Source: Balamuthia mandrillaris
Lineage: Eukaryota
DNA length: 64,000 nt
NCBI GenBank assembly: GCA_031835245.2
Contig: JAVKOQ020000077.1
Span: 62,001-126,000 of the forward strand
Direction: 5' to 3'
In this document: positions 44,328 through 56,750 of the stretch, piece by piece
How positions within the stretch are numbered: position 1 is the first letter of the stretch
How the letters are laid out: each line of letters opens with the position of its first letter
Translations under genes and position numbers: made by a program
The notes under the pieces: generated by a model
The model's database searches: none
Told to the model about the DNA's origin: nothing
What the model saw: only the letters and a program-made list of their open reading frames with translations

Positions 44328-46217
44328 ATGGATGAGCTCCCTCCCGAGGTCCAGCTGCATGTCATTCGTTTTCTGTCTTTCCGGGACAAGCTGTGCTTGC
44401 GGCAAACCAGCTCGGGCTTGCTGTCGCTGGTGGATGCCTCCTCCGTGACGCTACGATGGAGGGTCAACATTGCTGCACTGAGAGGCATCGCTGCTGCTTT
44501 GCAGCGTAAAGACTCCCTCTTTTGTTGCGGCGGCACAACACGAGCCTGTCGTCCGCTCACTTTGTTCTTCAAAGGAACGGGCAGCTCTTGCGGGTTTGTC
44601 ACGTTCCCAACAGACCCTTCTTCCAATACCGGAATGAGCCGCTCCTTGCAAGGGCTTCTGGATTGTTGCAGCAGCGCCTCGGCGCCAACAACGCAGCGGA
44701 AAAAAAAAGGCCAAACATTGCTGCAGCTCTCTCCTTCGGACTTCTCCATCAACTTTCGCCTGGAGGAACACGACTCCATTCTGGAGAAAGTGAAACTCAT
44801 GATGTCGCCCAACAGCCACAAAGTCAGAGCAGAGCTCTACCAACTGAGCATCATCTTCCCTTCCTCCAACAAAGAAGAAGATGAAGAAGAAGAGGAGGAA
44901 GAGCAGAAGAAAGAGGAAGACGAGCAAGAAGGAAACCTCCATCCACATTTGGGTCATGGCAGAGAGAACGAAACGGATCTGTTGTTTGGATTGTTGGAAG
45001 TCTGCCTTCCCAAAACGTTTCAGGGTGGAAAGTTGGAGGTCCGACATTCCCAGCAACCGTGGAAAGCGGTTTTTGACCTTTCCTCAAGGGTTGGCGACCA
45101 AGACCATCAAGAAAAAGAGAAAGAAGAAGAAGAGGAAGAAGAGGAAGTAACATCAAGCGAGATCAAATGGGCAGCCTACCATTTGAGCGGATGTCTCAGC
45201 CGGGTACTTCCTGTTACCCAAGGCTACCGCATTTCACTTGTCTACAAGCTATATCGTCATCCGTTGCTTTTCCCTCCCCAGTCAGAAAAGCTATATCGTC
45301 ATCCTTTGCATCTTCCTCCCCAATCGGAAACACAACAAGAACAAGAACAAGAACAACCCGTGTCCCCAAAGAAGAAAAAGAGAAGGATAGAGGATTCGCC
45401 ACAACAACGCACCACAACTGTTTCGCTGGATCTGTTTTCGCTGCTGCAACAGAAGTTAGAGGCCATTGCTGTTGATGCTTGCTGTCTTGCAGACGAAGGC
45501 GTCACTCTGGCCTTTCACTGCCAATACAGCTATTCCTGCGAGGCTGTGGCCCAAACACCTTCCCTCAACTCTTTGCTCAAAGGCTTTGACGCCCTGCTCC
45601 ACGAAACAGCAACCCATTCAAGAGCGGCGTTGAGGACCTCGCTAGGATGCTTTCAACCACTGTGCATGGAATCTTTCGCAGAATCCGATTTTCCAACTCT
45701 GTTCTTTGGGTTCGAGACGTTTCCGCAGAGAGTGGACGTCGTGAGGAAGATGCCCAAAGGCAATTGGGATGACTGTCAGAGATATGTGGCTGACAACTAT
45801 GATGTCTGTGAGCTTAGAGACGTTCTTTTGCCCTTGGATGATGGAGATGGCGAAGAAGAAGAAGAGAAAAAAACGAACGAGAGCGAGCGTAAGCAGAGGG
45901 AAAGACTTATGCTGGAGGACGTGAGACGTTCTTTTGGCGAGAAGTTAACTGCTGCAGAAGCGCGTAACCTAGCATGGGATTCGGTGGTCATGGAAGAGAC
46001 GGAAGAGGAATGCTTAGGCGACCTTCCTACGAAGGCAGTTCAGTGGTGCAACCTTAACAGAGGCCGACTGCCGTATGAGCAGCATCACTTTGCAGGACGC
46101 ATTTTGTTTGCTGTTGGTGCTGTTCCTGGTAGCGGCAGGCGACCGACGACTTCACCAAGGACAGCAGCATTCACAGCAGAGCCGGTGCTCTACATTCAAG
46201 TGCCACCAAACAAATGA
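44328..46217 (+). CDS. F-box protein fused to a degenerate 2OG-Fe(II) oxygenase domain (intronless)
   Basis: MDELPPEVQLHVIRFLSFRDKLCLRQTS (F-box); AELYQLSI..FGLLEVCLP..FQGGKLEVRH..WAAY..VLPVTQGYRISLVYKLY (DSBH core); LAFHCQYSY..LKGFDA. Confidence 0.8.
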   Translation: MDELPPEVQLHVIRFLSFRDKLCLRQTSSGLLSLVDASSVTLRWRVNIAALRGIAAALQRKDSLFCCGGTTRACRPLTLFFKGTGSSCGFVTFPTDPSSNTGMSRSLQGLLDCCSSASAPTTQRKKKGQTLLQLSPSDFSINFRLEEHDSILEKVKLMMSPNSHKVRAELYQLSIIFPSSNKEEDEEEEEEEQKKEEDEQEGNLHPHLGHGRENETDLLFGLLEVCLPKTFQGGKLEVRHSQQPWKAVFDLSSRVGDQDHQEKEKEEEEEEEEVTSSEIKWAAYHLSGCLSRVLPVTQGYRISLVYKLYRHPLLFPPQSEKLYRHPLHLPPQSETQQEQEQEQPVSPKKKKRRIEDSPQQRTTTVSLDLFSLLQQKLEAIAVDACCLADEGVTLAFHCQYSYSCEAVAQTPSLNSLLKGFDALLHETATHSRAALRTSLGCFQPLCMESFAESDFPTLFFGFETFPQRVDVVRKMPKGNWDDCQRYVADNYDVCELRDVLLPLDDGDGEEEEEKKTNESERKQRERLMLEDVRRSFGEKLTAAEARNLAWDSVVMEETEEECLGDLPTKAVQWCNLNRGRLPYEQHHFAGRILFAVGAVPGSGRRPTTSPRTAAFTAEPVLYIQVPPNK

Positions 46218-46390
46218 ACCATTCTTGCTTAAACTTTTCATTTGGCGTGTGCATGATGAAGAAGAAGAAGAAGAAGAAGAAGAAGAAGAAGAAGAAGAAG
46301 AAGAACAAGAACAAGAAGAAGCAGAAGCAGAAGAAGAACAAGAACAAGAAGAAGGCAGAGAGACTATAATAACAAAAATAATTTTTTTGT

Positions 46391-48362
46391 TTACTTCTGG
46401 GTTTGGTGTTGGTGAACAGAAGGAGGATCAGAGGTGTGCGGCCTCAAAGTCACTTTGCTCTTATCGTAGAAGCTCACCACGAACCAAAGTTCGTCCAAAG
46501 AGAAGCCAATCTTTTTGGTGTCAAAGAGTTTTCTGTTGAGGAAGAAAGAGATCTCTTTGTCGACTATGTTGATCATGAAGCCAAGTACAGAGTTGGTGCG
46601 AAAGTTGAAAGCTTTTTGGCCATTTCCTGTTTGTATTGTTTCAGTTTTTTTTTGTTAAACAAAAGAAATAGAAAATGAAAAAAAGAAAAGAAAAAGCAAA
46701 AGAAATAGAAATAGAAAGAATATGTATCATACCAACGGGAATATTTTCTCCGGTAAAGTATCCACAACAATCATAAAGAATCGAGTTGCTGTTCGGACAG
46801 ACGTTCAATATGTTTCTCTCCGTCGTTATACCCACTCTCATGTTGTTGTGATCCAGCTCGTCAATATAAAGTTCCCAATAATACTTTCTCTTCGTATAAA
46901 TGCTCCTGTGATTGCTGTTGATGCTTCTCGTCGCTTTCTTTCTTCTGTCCTCCTCTCCCTTTCCGTCTTCATCCTCTCCATCTTCGAGAGAAAGAACGTA
47001 TCCAAGATCCACGAAAACATTTGCCCAGGTGGTCAAACCTTTCTCCTTTATGCTGGCGGTTCGATTGTTGTTGGTGAGAATAACGGAAGAGTGTTTCTTG
47101 TCGAGCTCGAACAAAAGTTTGGAGTTGAGGTCTTCCAACTCAACAGTGGCTTTCTGCTCGGGAGTAATGACGTCCTCGAGGGACAACATGGGAAGGAATT
47201 GTTTGCGGTAGAGCTCTTCGTAGTGGAGTTTTTCTTTCTCGATGATTTCGATTACGTCGTTCAGTTGGTAGTACTTGGCCTCAATCAGAAGTTCTACAGA
47301 AAACAGGAAAAGGTGAGAAAAAGGAGTGATGATAGAAGACCTAGGAGAGAAGAGAAAAATAGAGCGAGAAGAGAGAACGATCGAGAGAAGCAAAGAGAGG
47401 AGAGAAAAAAGAGATAAGAAGGTAGACAACAGGGAGCGAGAAGCATAACGAGAGACGAGAAGGAAACGAACAAAAAAAAAACATGAACACAGAGAAAGAG
47501 AGAAGCAAAACGAGAGCACGAACCTGTGCAAACGAGTTTGTTGTCTAATGGTAATGCCAGAATGCCGTTACGAAGGTAATTAAGGATGTATCTGTTTTTT
47601 TTTAAGACTTGAGACACACAAGCGAAGAAGAACAGAACACAACAAAAGAAAAGAAAAGAAAAGAAAAGAAAAGAAAAGAAAAGAAAAGAAAAGAAAAGAA
47701 AAGAAAAGAAAAAAAAAAGAAAAGAAAAGAAAAGAAAAGACAGAAGAAGAAAGGATGAGAGCAGACCTGAAATGGGTGCCATCCCTATCAATGAAGTAGT
47801 ATCCATTCCGTTTGTTCAGTTTGTAAGTGCCGGAGAACATCGAGGAGAGCATGCCCGGCGCGTTGCACAGCGTCTCGCGACGAGTGACGAAGCGGTGGCC
47901 GCCCACGTCCAGCTTGACCCATTGCTCTTTGAGCAGGGTGGCCCCATCGACTTCCAGCTCTTCGGCTTCCTCTTCCTCCTCCTCCTCTTCTTTTTGTTTT
48001 TCTTTTGCTTCTGTTTGTTTTTTTGTTCATATTTTAATAAAATAAAATAAAATAAAATAAAATAAAATAAAATAAAATAAAATAAAATAAAAACAAACGA
48101 TCAAAGTTTGAACAGATTGGTTCCACTGAAAAAAAAAAAAAAAAAACAAAGTAGAAGGTTAGGTTAGGTTGGGTTGGTAACCTTTTCTTGATCGTGGTCC
48201 GTTGCTGGCGGTGGAAGCTCGCAAGGCGCCGCTCTTGAGCTTCTGCAACCTCTCGATCTCCTCCTCCAGCCCTTTTTTCAGGCGCACCAAGTTCTCGATG
48301 CTCTCCTCCAACTCCTCCTTGCCTCCCACTTGTGTTCCAGGCGTTGGAGAAGCCGGTTCCAT
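46391..48362 (-). CDS. BTB/POZ (KCTD-type) + SPRY domain protein
   Basis: VKLDVGGHRFVTRRETL..MLSSMFSG..YFIDRDGTHF|RYILNYLRNG..LLIEAKYYQL; SPRY KYYWELYI..MRVGI..VLGFMIN..ISFFLN. Confidence 0.88.
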
Positions 48363-48629
48363 CTTCCTCCCTTTGGCTTTTTTTCCCTCTATGTTTTCAA
48401 CTTTTTGTTATGGAACAGAAAATTATTTTCATTCATTAACGAAAAAATCGATAAATTAATTAATAAATTTTAAATAAATTAAAAATTAAAAGAATCCAAA
48501 GAATGTTGGTGACATCATCATTATACTAAATATAGCAAATTGGAATGCAAAAAATATAAAATATGTTAAAAATTTCAGGAATGTGCAACATCTTTTTTTT
48601 TAACGTCTACAAAAATGCTAGCAAAAATG

Positions 48630-51600
48630 TCAAGAACGCCGAGAATGCTGTGTATGCGGTTGCTGTTGTTGCTCTCTCTGCACTTCCTCGAGCAGACGGG
48701 AGAGATCGTTGCGCAGCCGTCGCACCATCGGGTAGATGGCACAGAGGGTGGTCAGGTTGTTGATCAGGTGGGAGAGCGTCTGGACGTTGTGGGTCCGCGC
48801 CAGGATGAGCCCCACCCAGAGCAAGCCCATGTCCAATGCCCATGCCGGGGTGTGCGCGAAGGTCACCAACCCTTCCGTCAGCTCCACAAACTGAAAACAA
48901 CATTCTGTAAAATGTGTGCGTTTTGTGTAATGTGTTGTTTCGTCAATAGAACATGCCGATATTAAAGAACTTGCAGAAACAACTTGCATACAAAGAAGAA
49001 AAAAATGGAAGGAAAAAAACTAACCTAAAGCTTTCTGCTTCAAGCCCAATAACCAGTAACAATATCCACGCGCCGACAAGGCCATCAGCAACAAGGCCAG
49101 ATGAATCGTGGGCGGGAGAGCATCGCTTCTGACCAAAGCCTCTCTCGACGAGGCGAAAAATCGGTATTGCGTGATGGAGGCGGTTGGGGGTGAAGAAGGG
49201 ATGGAAGAGGTGGTCAATCGAGCGAGATCGGCGCATGAAGACATCATCATGGATGAGGGGGATGATGACGAAGAAAAAGGAGAAGAGGGACGAGAGTCAT
49301 CCAGGTTCAGAGCGACCAAACGACGTAGTTTCTCCTCCACCAGGAAGAGATTGACGAGAATCTTGTGGATTTGTACTGTTGATGGATGCATCAGTGAAGC
49401 TGAAGCTGATGGCGATGAAGAAGATGGAAAAGAAGATGAAGGAGGAGGGAAAGACGAAGAAGGGTGAGAAAATGAAGAGCTTTCCAAAAATAACGATGAA
49501 GTGGAAGGTGAAGAAGGAGAAGAGATGTCGTCGGGGAAGTTCTCTTCAAATCCATAACCTTCCTCGTTTTCCACTTCATCGGGGGTGTTGCTGATCTCGC
49601 TAACATTGGCAATAATTACTAGCTCGTTGATATCTGCTGTTCTATGCTCCTGCGGAAAGTATTTGCTCACTACTTTGGCCGTTCGAAGGAAGATGCCTAA
49701 CAACAAAAGCACCAACTCATCTGTCATACTGACTGTCCAAGAATCTAATGATAAAACTGATGTTTTGCTGCTGGTGTTTCTGGGAGAAGAAGAGGAAGAA
49801 GAAGATGATGATGATGAAGGAGAAGAAGGAAATGAAGAAGAAGAGGAAGAAGAGGAAGAAGAGGAAGAAGGTTGAGGTATAGAGGAAAATGACGAAGAAA
49901 AAGAGGGAGAGGCCGGAGCAACAGGAGAAAAAGGAGAGGAGGAAGGAGAAGAAGAAGCAGCAGGAGAGGAAGAAGGAACGAGCGGCATGTAAGGCCGATG
50001 CCGAGCTTGCAACATGTAGTTCTTCAACCGTCGCTTTTCCAAAACATTTGGCGGGGTTATCAACCGAAGGACGTGGAGGCAGTGCATGTAGGCACGACAG
50101 CAGTAAGGAAGGTCTCGGCATTGGTTCAGGGCAATAGTGGCATAGTACGGGAGCACCTCGGGGTCGTCCACCGCGTGGGCGTAGACGATGAGACCGAGGG
50201 CGGCCTCCGCAATGGCTGTATTTTGTTGGTCGAACACTTCTCCCATATATTCTCTGGCCATTCTGTATTAGTTTGGTGTTGGTAAGGAATAATTAATACA
50301 CGAAAGGAAGACGACAAAGCAAAGAAATAACATACTGATAAAAGTATTGCGAAGTTTGAATATCTCCACAAGAACGAGCCCCCAGCGCCAACGCCACATA
50401 GACGCATAACGCCAACACTCCGTCTTCCACGTAGCGACCATAAGAACAAATGCCAGCATCGTTCAGTTTCTGTTGTTCCTGCAGGACCCACCGCACGTTC
50501 TCCGTCTCCAAGGCGACAGGCTGCAATGGCGCCCATGGAAAGTGAACCTCTCGAAAGGCGGTCAGCCATGTCTGCACTCTGCTCAAAAAGTTGACATGAC
50601 CTTCTGCTGTTATTATCATCGAAGAGACAGCCGAGGCTGATGACGCTCTTCTTCGTACCGTTCTTCTTCTTATTTCTTCTTCTTTTTCTTGTGCTATTTG
50701 TTTCTTCGTTCGTTTTCTTGATTCGCTTACGTTTGGCGTAGAGGGAGCAGAAGTTGTTGTTCCCAAAAGTTGTTGGCGTCGTTGATTACGTTGTTGTTTG
50801 AGCACTTTCAGTTCTGCAGTCAGTTCTTGTACTCTCTGAAGCAAGTTGTGATGTTGTTGTTGTGCCGGCTCTACGTTCTCCCAAGAAAGCGTTCCTCCTT
50901 CTTGTTGTTGGTGCAGTCGTTGAAATTGTTGATGCTCATCAAAGGAAGCAGCTACTTCTTGAAGTGCTTCCGCAAGTTGCTTTTCAACATCAAAAGGCAG
51001 CACAGAAGATGCTGAAGCTGATAATGACGAAGAAAAAGAGCGAGCACAAGACGATGAGGAAGCAGCAGAATCAGAAGTGGAGCTGCCCATGAAATGAATC
51101 GGCTCTTTCACTTTGTACAAGAGGCGTTGTTCCGCCTCACTCGGCTCCACGTAGTGCCAAACCATACCTGGAAAGGACCGAGTCTCGCCTTCTTCCTCTT
51201 CCTCTTCTTCTTTGGCTGCTCTTCTTCTCGTGTTTGTGTTTTGTCTTCTCTTCCTGGTTGTTCGTGCGGAGGAAGAGGAGGAGCGCCGTCGAGGACGTGT
51301 TTGTTTGGTCGGCGCTGTCGTAGTCGTTGTCGTAGTTACAGTTGTGGGAGTGGCCACAGTGATGGAGGCAGATCGTTGTCTTCCTCTGGGAACTTCTTGT
51401 TGCGGTTGTCGTGCAGAAGAATGAAAGGGCAAAGAAGAAGACGGCTGAGGGAATACAGAAGAAGAAGAAGAGGCGGAGGATAGAAAATGTGGGATAGAAA
51501 AGGCAGCAGAGCGAGTCTCCTCCATCAGATGGAGGTCGTCCAGCGACTGCGCCGTGGTCGTGGCGTGCGGCCAGCCCCATGCGAGCGCGGCTTCGCCACC

Positions 51601-51696
51601 TCCCCACCCCATCCCCATCAACGGCTCGAGGCCGAACCCCGCAGGGAAGCCCTGATTCCCTCCACTCCCAGGCCCACCTGCTGGCGGGTGTTCCAT
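48630..51696 (-). CDS. Putative transcription regulator with coiled coil and a fungal-TF middle-homology-like helical region (3 exons)
   Basis: LALCVYVALALGARSCGD..SQYFYQ|MAREYMGEVFD..AIAEAALGL; basic tract RKRRQNTNTRRR; no Zn2Cys6 cluster seen. Confidence 0.5.
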
Positions 51697-52723
51697 CTTT
51701 TCCTTTCCCTTTCCCTCTTTTCGGGTGGAAGAAATTTCTTTGGATGGAAACTTTGTTGAGAAGAAAGGAAGGAAGGAAGGAAGGCTGAGGGATTTTTTTT
51801 TTGTTTTTGGGTGTCGATCTAGTAGTGGAGGGATTAAGCGGCAGGGTGTCGAGTGGAAAGAGAGAGAGGATGGAGGACCCGGTTGCACAACACAAAAAAG
51901 CGAAATAAAAAAAAATGGTTTCCTTCCGGTTCCCCACCCACCCCAAGAAAATAAAATAAAAAATGGCCTACAAAAAAAATACCAACACGCCCTCGCTCAG
52001 AGAGGGTGCTGTTGAAGCAAGAAAGAGAGGCCCGGTAGCTCCAAACCAAAAAAAAAACACACACACACACACACACAAAATGGCAGGGAGGGGGAACCCC
52101 ACAAAAGACAGACAGAGAGAGAGAGACAGGAAGGGAAGAAGCCGGGGGAGGGAAAAAGAAAAAAGTCCACTCGCTTCCAACTTAATATTATTCTTCCCCC
52201 CCACTTTGCCCTCCTATTAACCATATGCATTATTTAGCCGTTGGGTGCAAGAGCGACTAACTTGCCGTTGTTTTCATCCAGGGAGCAATTTTTGGCTTAT
52301 GAAGAATTATTGTCGATAGGGTGACAAAATGATCGAAATCTCGGTACCGAAAAGGAAATTTGTGGATATAAAAGGAAATCGGGGCAATAAACTGCCAATA
52401 GATTTTTCATTCCCGAATGGCAGATTGCGCCAAGGATCAATGAAGGCACGCTGACCGAACAGAGAAAAAAAAAATCACGGAGATAAAGATAGTTGTTGTT
52501 TGTTTATTCCCCGTTTTAAATGGCGATATTCCGTGTAACCTCCCGCTAATATGGCGACTTTGTTTTTTAACATCCACGAAAGCACGCCAACTCAATCCTA
52601 ACTAAAGAATCTTTGTTTTTCAGCATCCATTTTATTTTCTTTTAAAAAATGTCTGAGAAAGAATTCCGCATTTAAACAAGAGAGAGGGGAGGAGAAGTTT
52701 TGTTTTTGGTTCCATTCACTTTC

Positions 52724-52948
52724 TCATTCGAGCAGCTGGAAGGCCTGGCGTTGACGCTCCAAACGGGACTTGCGGTCCAGCGCGAAGCGACGGATGCCGT
52801 CACGGATGGAGGCCGAGTCCAGGTGCGCCTCCGCGATGACGTCCTCCTCCAATCCGCCTGTTCTCCACCGGTCATCAAAGTCGCTGCTCAATGAATATTC
52901 CTATAATTTGTTTCGTGTTAACACAAAAAGTGAGCAACAAGAACAGAT

Positions 52949-53001
<53 letters not shown>

Positions 53002-53507
53002 ATAACAAGTAAGCAGAAAGAAATGTTGAAACGCACTTTGGTAAGAGGTCCCAAGTTGGACAACGGCATGATCCTCTTGGTCATGGTGGTGACCACCATG
53101 CAATCATACTTGGCCGACAACGGCATGACCCTCTCCTGATACTCCTCGGACTGTTGCCTAAAGAGCTCCTCGCTGATCACCGCGACGATACGAACGTTGA
53201 TACCCTCTTCCTCCAATTCCGGCATAGCCGCCAGCAAGTTCGTCGTTGAGGAGGCGCCTTGCACCAAGACGGTACCCATGGGAGGTCGAGAGGGGTCGTA
53301 ATCTCTAATGAGGTAACAGCCCTTAGCGGCGGCTTTGAGGTCGGTGTCAGCGAATTGGGAGCGGTCTGCCACAACCATGTCGGGACGAGCCACGTGCACC
53401 ACGATGATTCCACATTCCTTGCGGTTAGCGGCAGTCTCGAGTGCGGCGAAGTAACCTGCTGCCACGTCATTGTAGTCCCAAAAGTACAAGTCTATTTTTG
53501 TACAAGT

Positions 53508-53542
<35 letters not shown>

Positions 53543-53865
53543 CAGGTTAGCAACACGCAAACAAAAACAAAAAATAATGAAAAGTGAAAGGACATACTGA
53601 TGACTTGGCCTTCAGGGAACAAGGTCCAGACCTGTGGAGCAAAAACGCCAAAGTGGCTGCGAGCATCAGCTGCGGTTTCGGGTCCAGAGTGGCCGGCGAT
53701 GATAGTGACGACGCCCAGAGCAAATGGGCTATCTTGGTTTTGCTGACTGAAGATACGCAATGGAAGATACATCAACTATTTGAAGGGAAAGAGAGCAAGA
53801 AGAATATGAATGAGCAATGAAGTGAAAAAGGAGGAAGAGAAAAGCCAAGAAAAGTCAAGGAGAGC

Positions 53866-53908
<43 letters not shown>

Positions 53909-56564
53909 CAGGTGTGAAGGCTCCGTAGGTGCCGCTGATGCCCCACAAACCGAGATGCTCATCTGGATCAGCAGAAACGGTTTGACTCACAATTCCACAC
54001 ATGGTCGCCGCATTCACACATTCCTAATTCATGTGTTTTCCAGGTTAAAAAAAAAAGAGAAGAAAATAAAACGGCAACGAAAAGAACCTGAATGCCTGCT
54101 TTCAAGCGAGTTCCCCTGGGATTATTTACAGGATCATAGTGTCCAGTAAAGTTACATGCTATGTTTTATATTTTTTTTAAAGGACTATGAGTTTTCCGAA
54201 ATATAAAACAAGAAAGTAAAAGAAGAAAGAGAAGACCGCAGAGAAGAAAAAAAAGAAAAAAGCAAACCTTCGACGTTAATAGAGTTGGACAAATCAGCAG
54301 CAACAGTGAGAAGCCTGTTGTCCGTGACGTAGTTAACCCATTTGCCAATCTCCGAGATGGCTCTTCTGGTGCCTTTCTTCTCTCCAGCTTTGACGAAAAG
54401 ACTGATAGTGCTGTTTATCTCTTCTCCCGTTGTTGGGTGCTTTATCACCACTTTCACAGCTATTGTACAAAAAATAAAATTGGAACAAAACAAAAATACA
54501 AAAGAAGAAATAAGTATAAGAAAAGAAAGAAAAAGAGGAAAGAAAAGAACGATGAGAAACATACGCTCAGTTGGAAGATTATCCACGCGAAGACGCTCAT
54601 CTTTGAAAGGAGAGCGTTGTTCCAGAGCAGATGGAATGCCGAGATGAGAGCTGAAAGGAGACTTGTTCTTGGGACCGGTTCTTTCGGCGTTGAACTCATC
54701 CGCTATCTCAAGCAAACGATTCGCGATCCATTCTCCCAACCCGTTCTTGTCCAAAACGCTCAAAGCTAAACACAATCGAAGAAAGGCACAAAAATGAATA
54801 AACAGGAGATAAGAAAGAGACAGTAGAGCAAAATAAGAAGACATGAAGCATAAGAACGAGAGAAGAGAACAAACCGATATCAATGTTTTGCTTGAATTGA
54901 ATAAGACGTGCTTTCTCACCCTTAGGAGGACCATCGTGAATGCCTTCAAACTTAACGCCATACTTTGTCTCAAAGGACTCTGCCAAAGTTACAAAGTATT
55001 CTGTTGTTCAAATATAGGAGATATAGGAAAGTTAAAATAAACGTTGAATGAAAAAGAAAAAAAGAAAAAAAAAAGAAAGGAGTTATGTACCTGAGTTGAG
55101 AGCAAAGCCATAAGGATGACTCTTGTATCCCACTATCTGAGAGGATCTTCCTATCTTGTCATCCAACGCTCCTGGCCACCATCCTATGGTATTGTTTCAA
55201 AAAAGGGGGTTAGGCTTCTTTCTGAAAGAAAGCAAACCTCAAAAAGCAAACCTTTGATAGTCTTTGCTATGACAACCATCGGGCGTCTATCCTCCTCCGG
55301 CCACTCCTCCATTGCCTTGAATACGGCCACCAGTGCCTCATACGAGGCGCCATCCTCCAACTCGAACACGTTCCATCCATAGGAATAAAACTGGTTGGCC
55401 ATGTCGTACTGCTTGCCATACTTCTCCGGGATGACTCCTCCAATAAGAGCATCATCGATGCCAGCGTTGTTGTAGGAGAAGAAGAGGCGCAAGCGTTTGC
55501 CGACCTGTTGAGCCAGGGCCATTGTTTTCAGCTCCTGGGCGTGTCCCTCAGTAAAAGCAAACTCGCCCTCAAAGGCGATGACCTTGAGGGAGGAGGGAGC
55601 GCCGATGGCATCCCAAAAGACGGCTTTGCCAGCGCTGTTGGCCACACCGATACCAGATGGCCCACCGTTCACCTTTACCAGTTGCCGTTTTGTGGTGTCA
55701 AAGAAACAAGAAGCAAGAGAGAATAGAACAGGAGAAAACCAGGGGACGTACATCGTTGGTAGCATCAGTGGTTTCAGAGTGACCCATGAGAGCGCGAATG
55801 CCTCGCAGCTTGGCTTGTTTGAAGAGCTCGTGTTCCTCGAGCCCTGCTTTCTTCAACAGCTCATCGCAGGCAGCTTTACTCCTTCGAAAACCCAAAGCAT
55901 CAATGCTCAGTATTGCTGTATCTGGGTCCACTCTGTGTTTATTTAACGTTTTTTGTTGAGAAAGAAGCAGAGAGAAGGAGAAAGAGACAAGAAGCAAGAA
56001 TACAGTAGAAGAAGAATGGAGAATGGAGAATGAAGAATGAAGCAGCAGCAGCAGAAGAAAAAGAAGAAGAAGAAGAAGAAGAAGAAGAAGAAGAAGAAGA
56101 AGAAGAACAAGAAAAGAAGAAGACAAAGAAGAAAGAAGAGAGCAAGAAAAAACTCTATGGCACACGTACTTGTACTTCTCATCCGCGGTGCTGGCATACT
56201 GCCTAGCCATGGCCTCATACAACACCATCCACAGGGCATAGCAGGTGGGAATGCAGTGGCCCCCCGTCAACATGAACTTGTCGCCAAAGGGGTGCTTGGG
56301 GTGACGGACGTCGTAGCTCAGCCCACCGTTCTTGCCGCCCGCCAGGTGGGTCACCACGTTGGCGGGCGTGTAGGAGAGCGGCCCGCCAAAGTGGCCCGTT
56401 TGGGCGTAGTTGCCCATCAGCACCAGGGTCATGGCGGTGAGGAAGCCCACGTCCTCCAGACGTTCTTTGTCCGCCTCAGAGAAACCGGTGGGAAGGTCCA
56501 CGGGCAATTCTCTGGACTTGACCTCCACTTCAGTGAGACGAACGGGGACTTTGGTGTGTTGCAT
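52724..56564 (-). CDS. Transketolase-like ThDP enzyme of atypical prokaryotic type (about 11 exons)
   Basis: QTGHFGGPLS, DKFMLTGGHC, LMGHSE, NGGPSGIG, FEGEFAFTEGHAQE..YNNAGID, IAKTIKG, ADLSNS, GTYGAF, GHSGPETAADARSHFG. Confidence 0.85.
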
Positions 56565-56636
56565 CTGTCTAGCTGTTATTGTGAAGGAAAAAAAAACAGG
56601 TTTCGATTTGTAAGTAAAAACAATAACAAAAAATGT

Positions 56637-56675
<39 letters not shown>

Positions 56676-56689
56676 AAGAAAGAAAGAGA

Positions 56690-56750
<61 letters not shown>

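Noticed and set aside
48035..48090. (TAAAA)n array as a telomere-like repeat
   Set aside because: It lies inside an intron of the BTB-SPRY gene; an ordinary microsatellite.
52230..52460. Sm-site-like AATTTTTGG (52287) and U1-loop-like GATCAATGAAG
   Set aside because: No flanking U1, U2, U4 or U5 conserved sequence (e.g. no ATACTTACCTG); expected by chance in AT-rich DNA.
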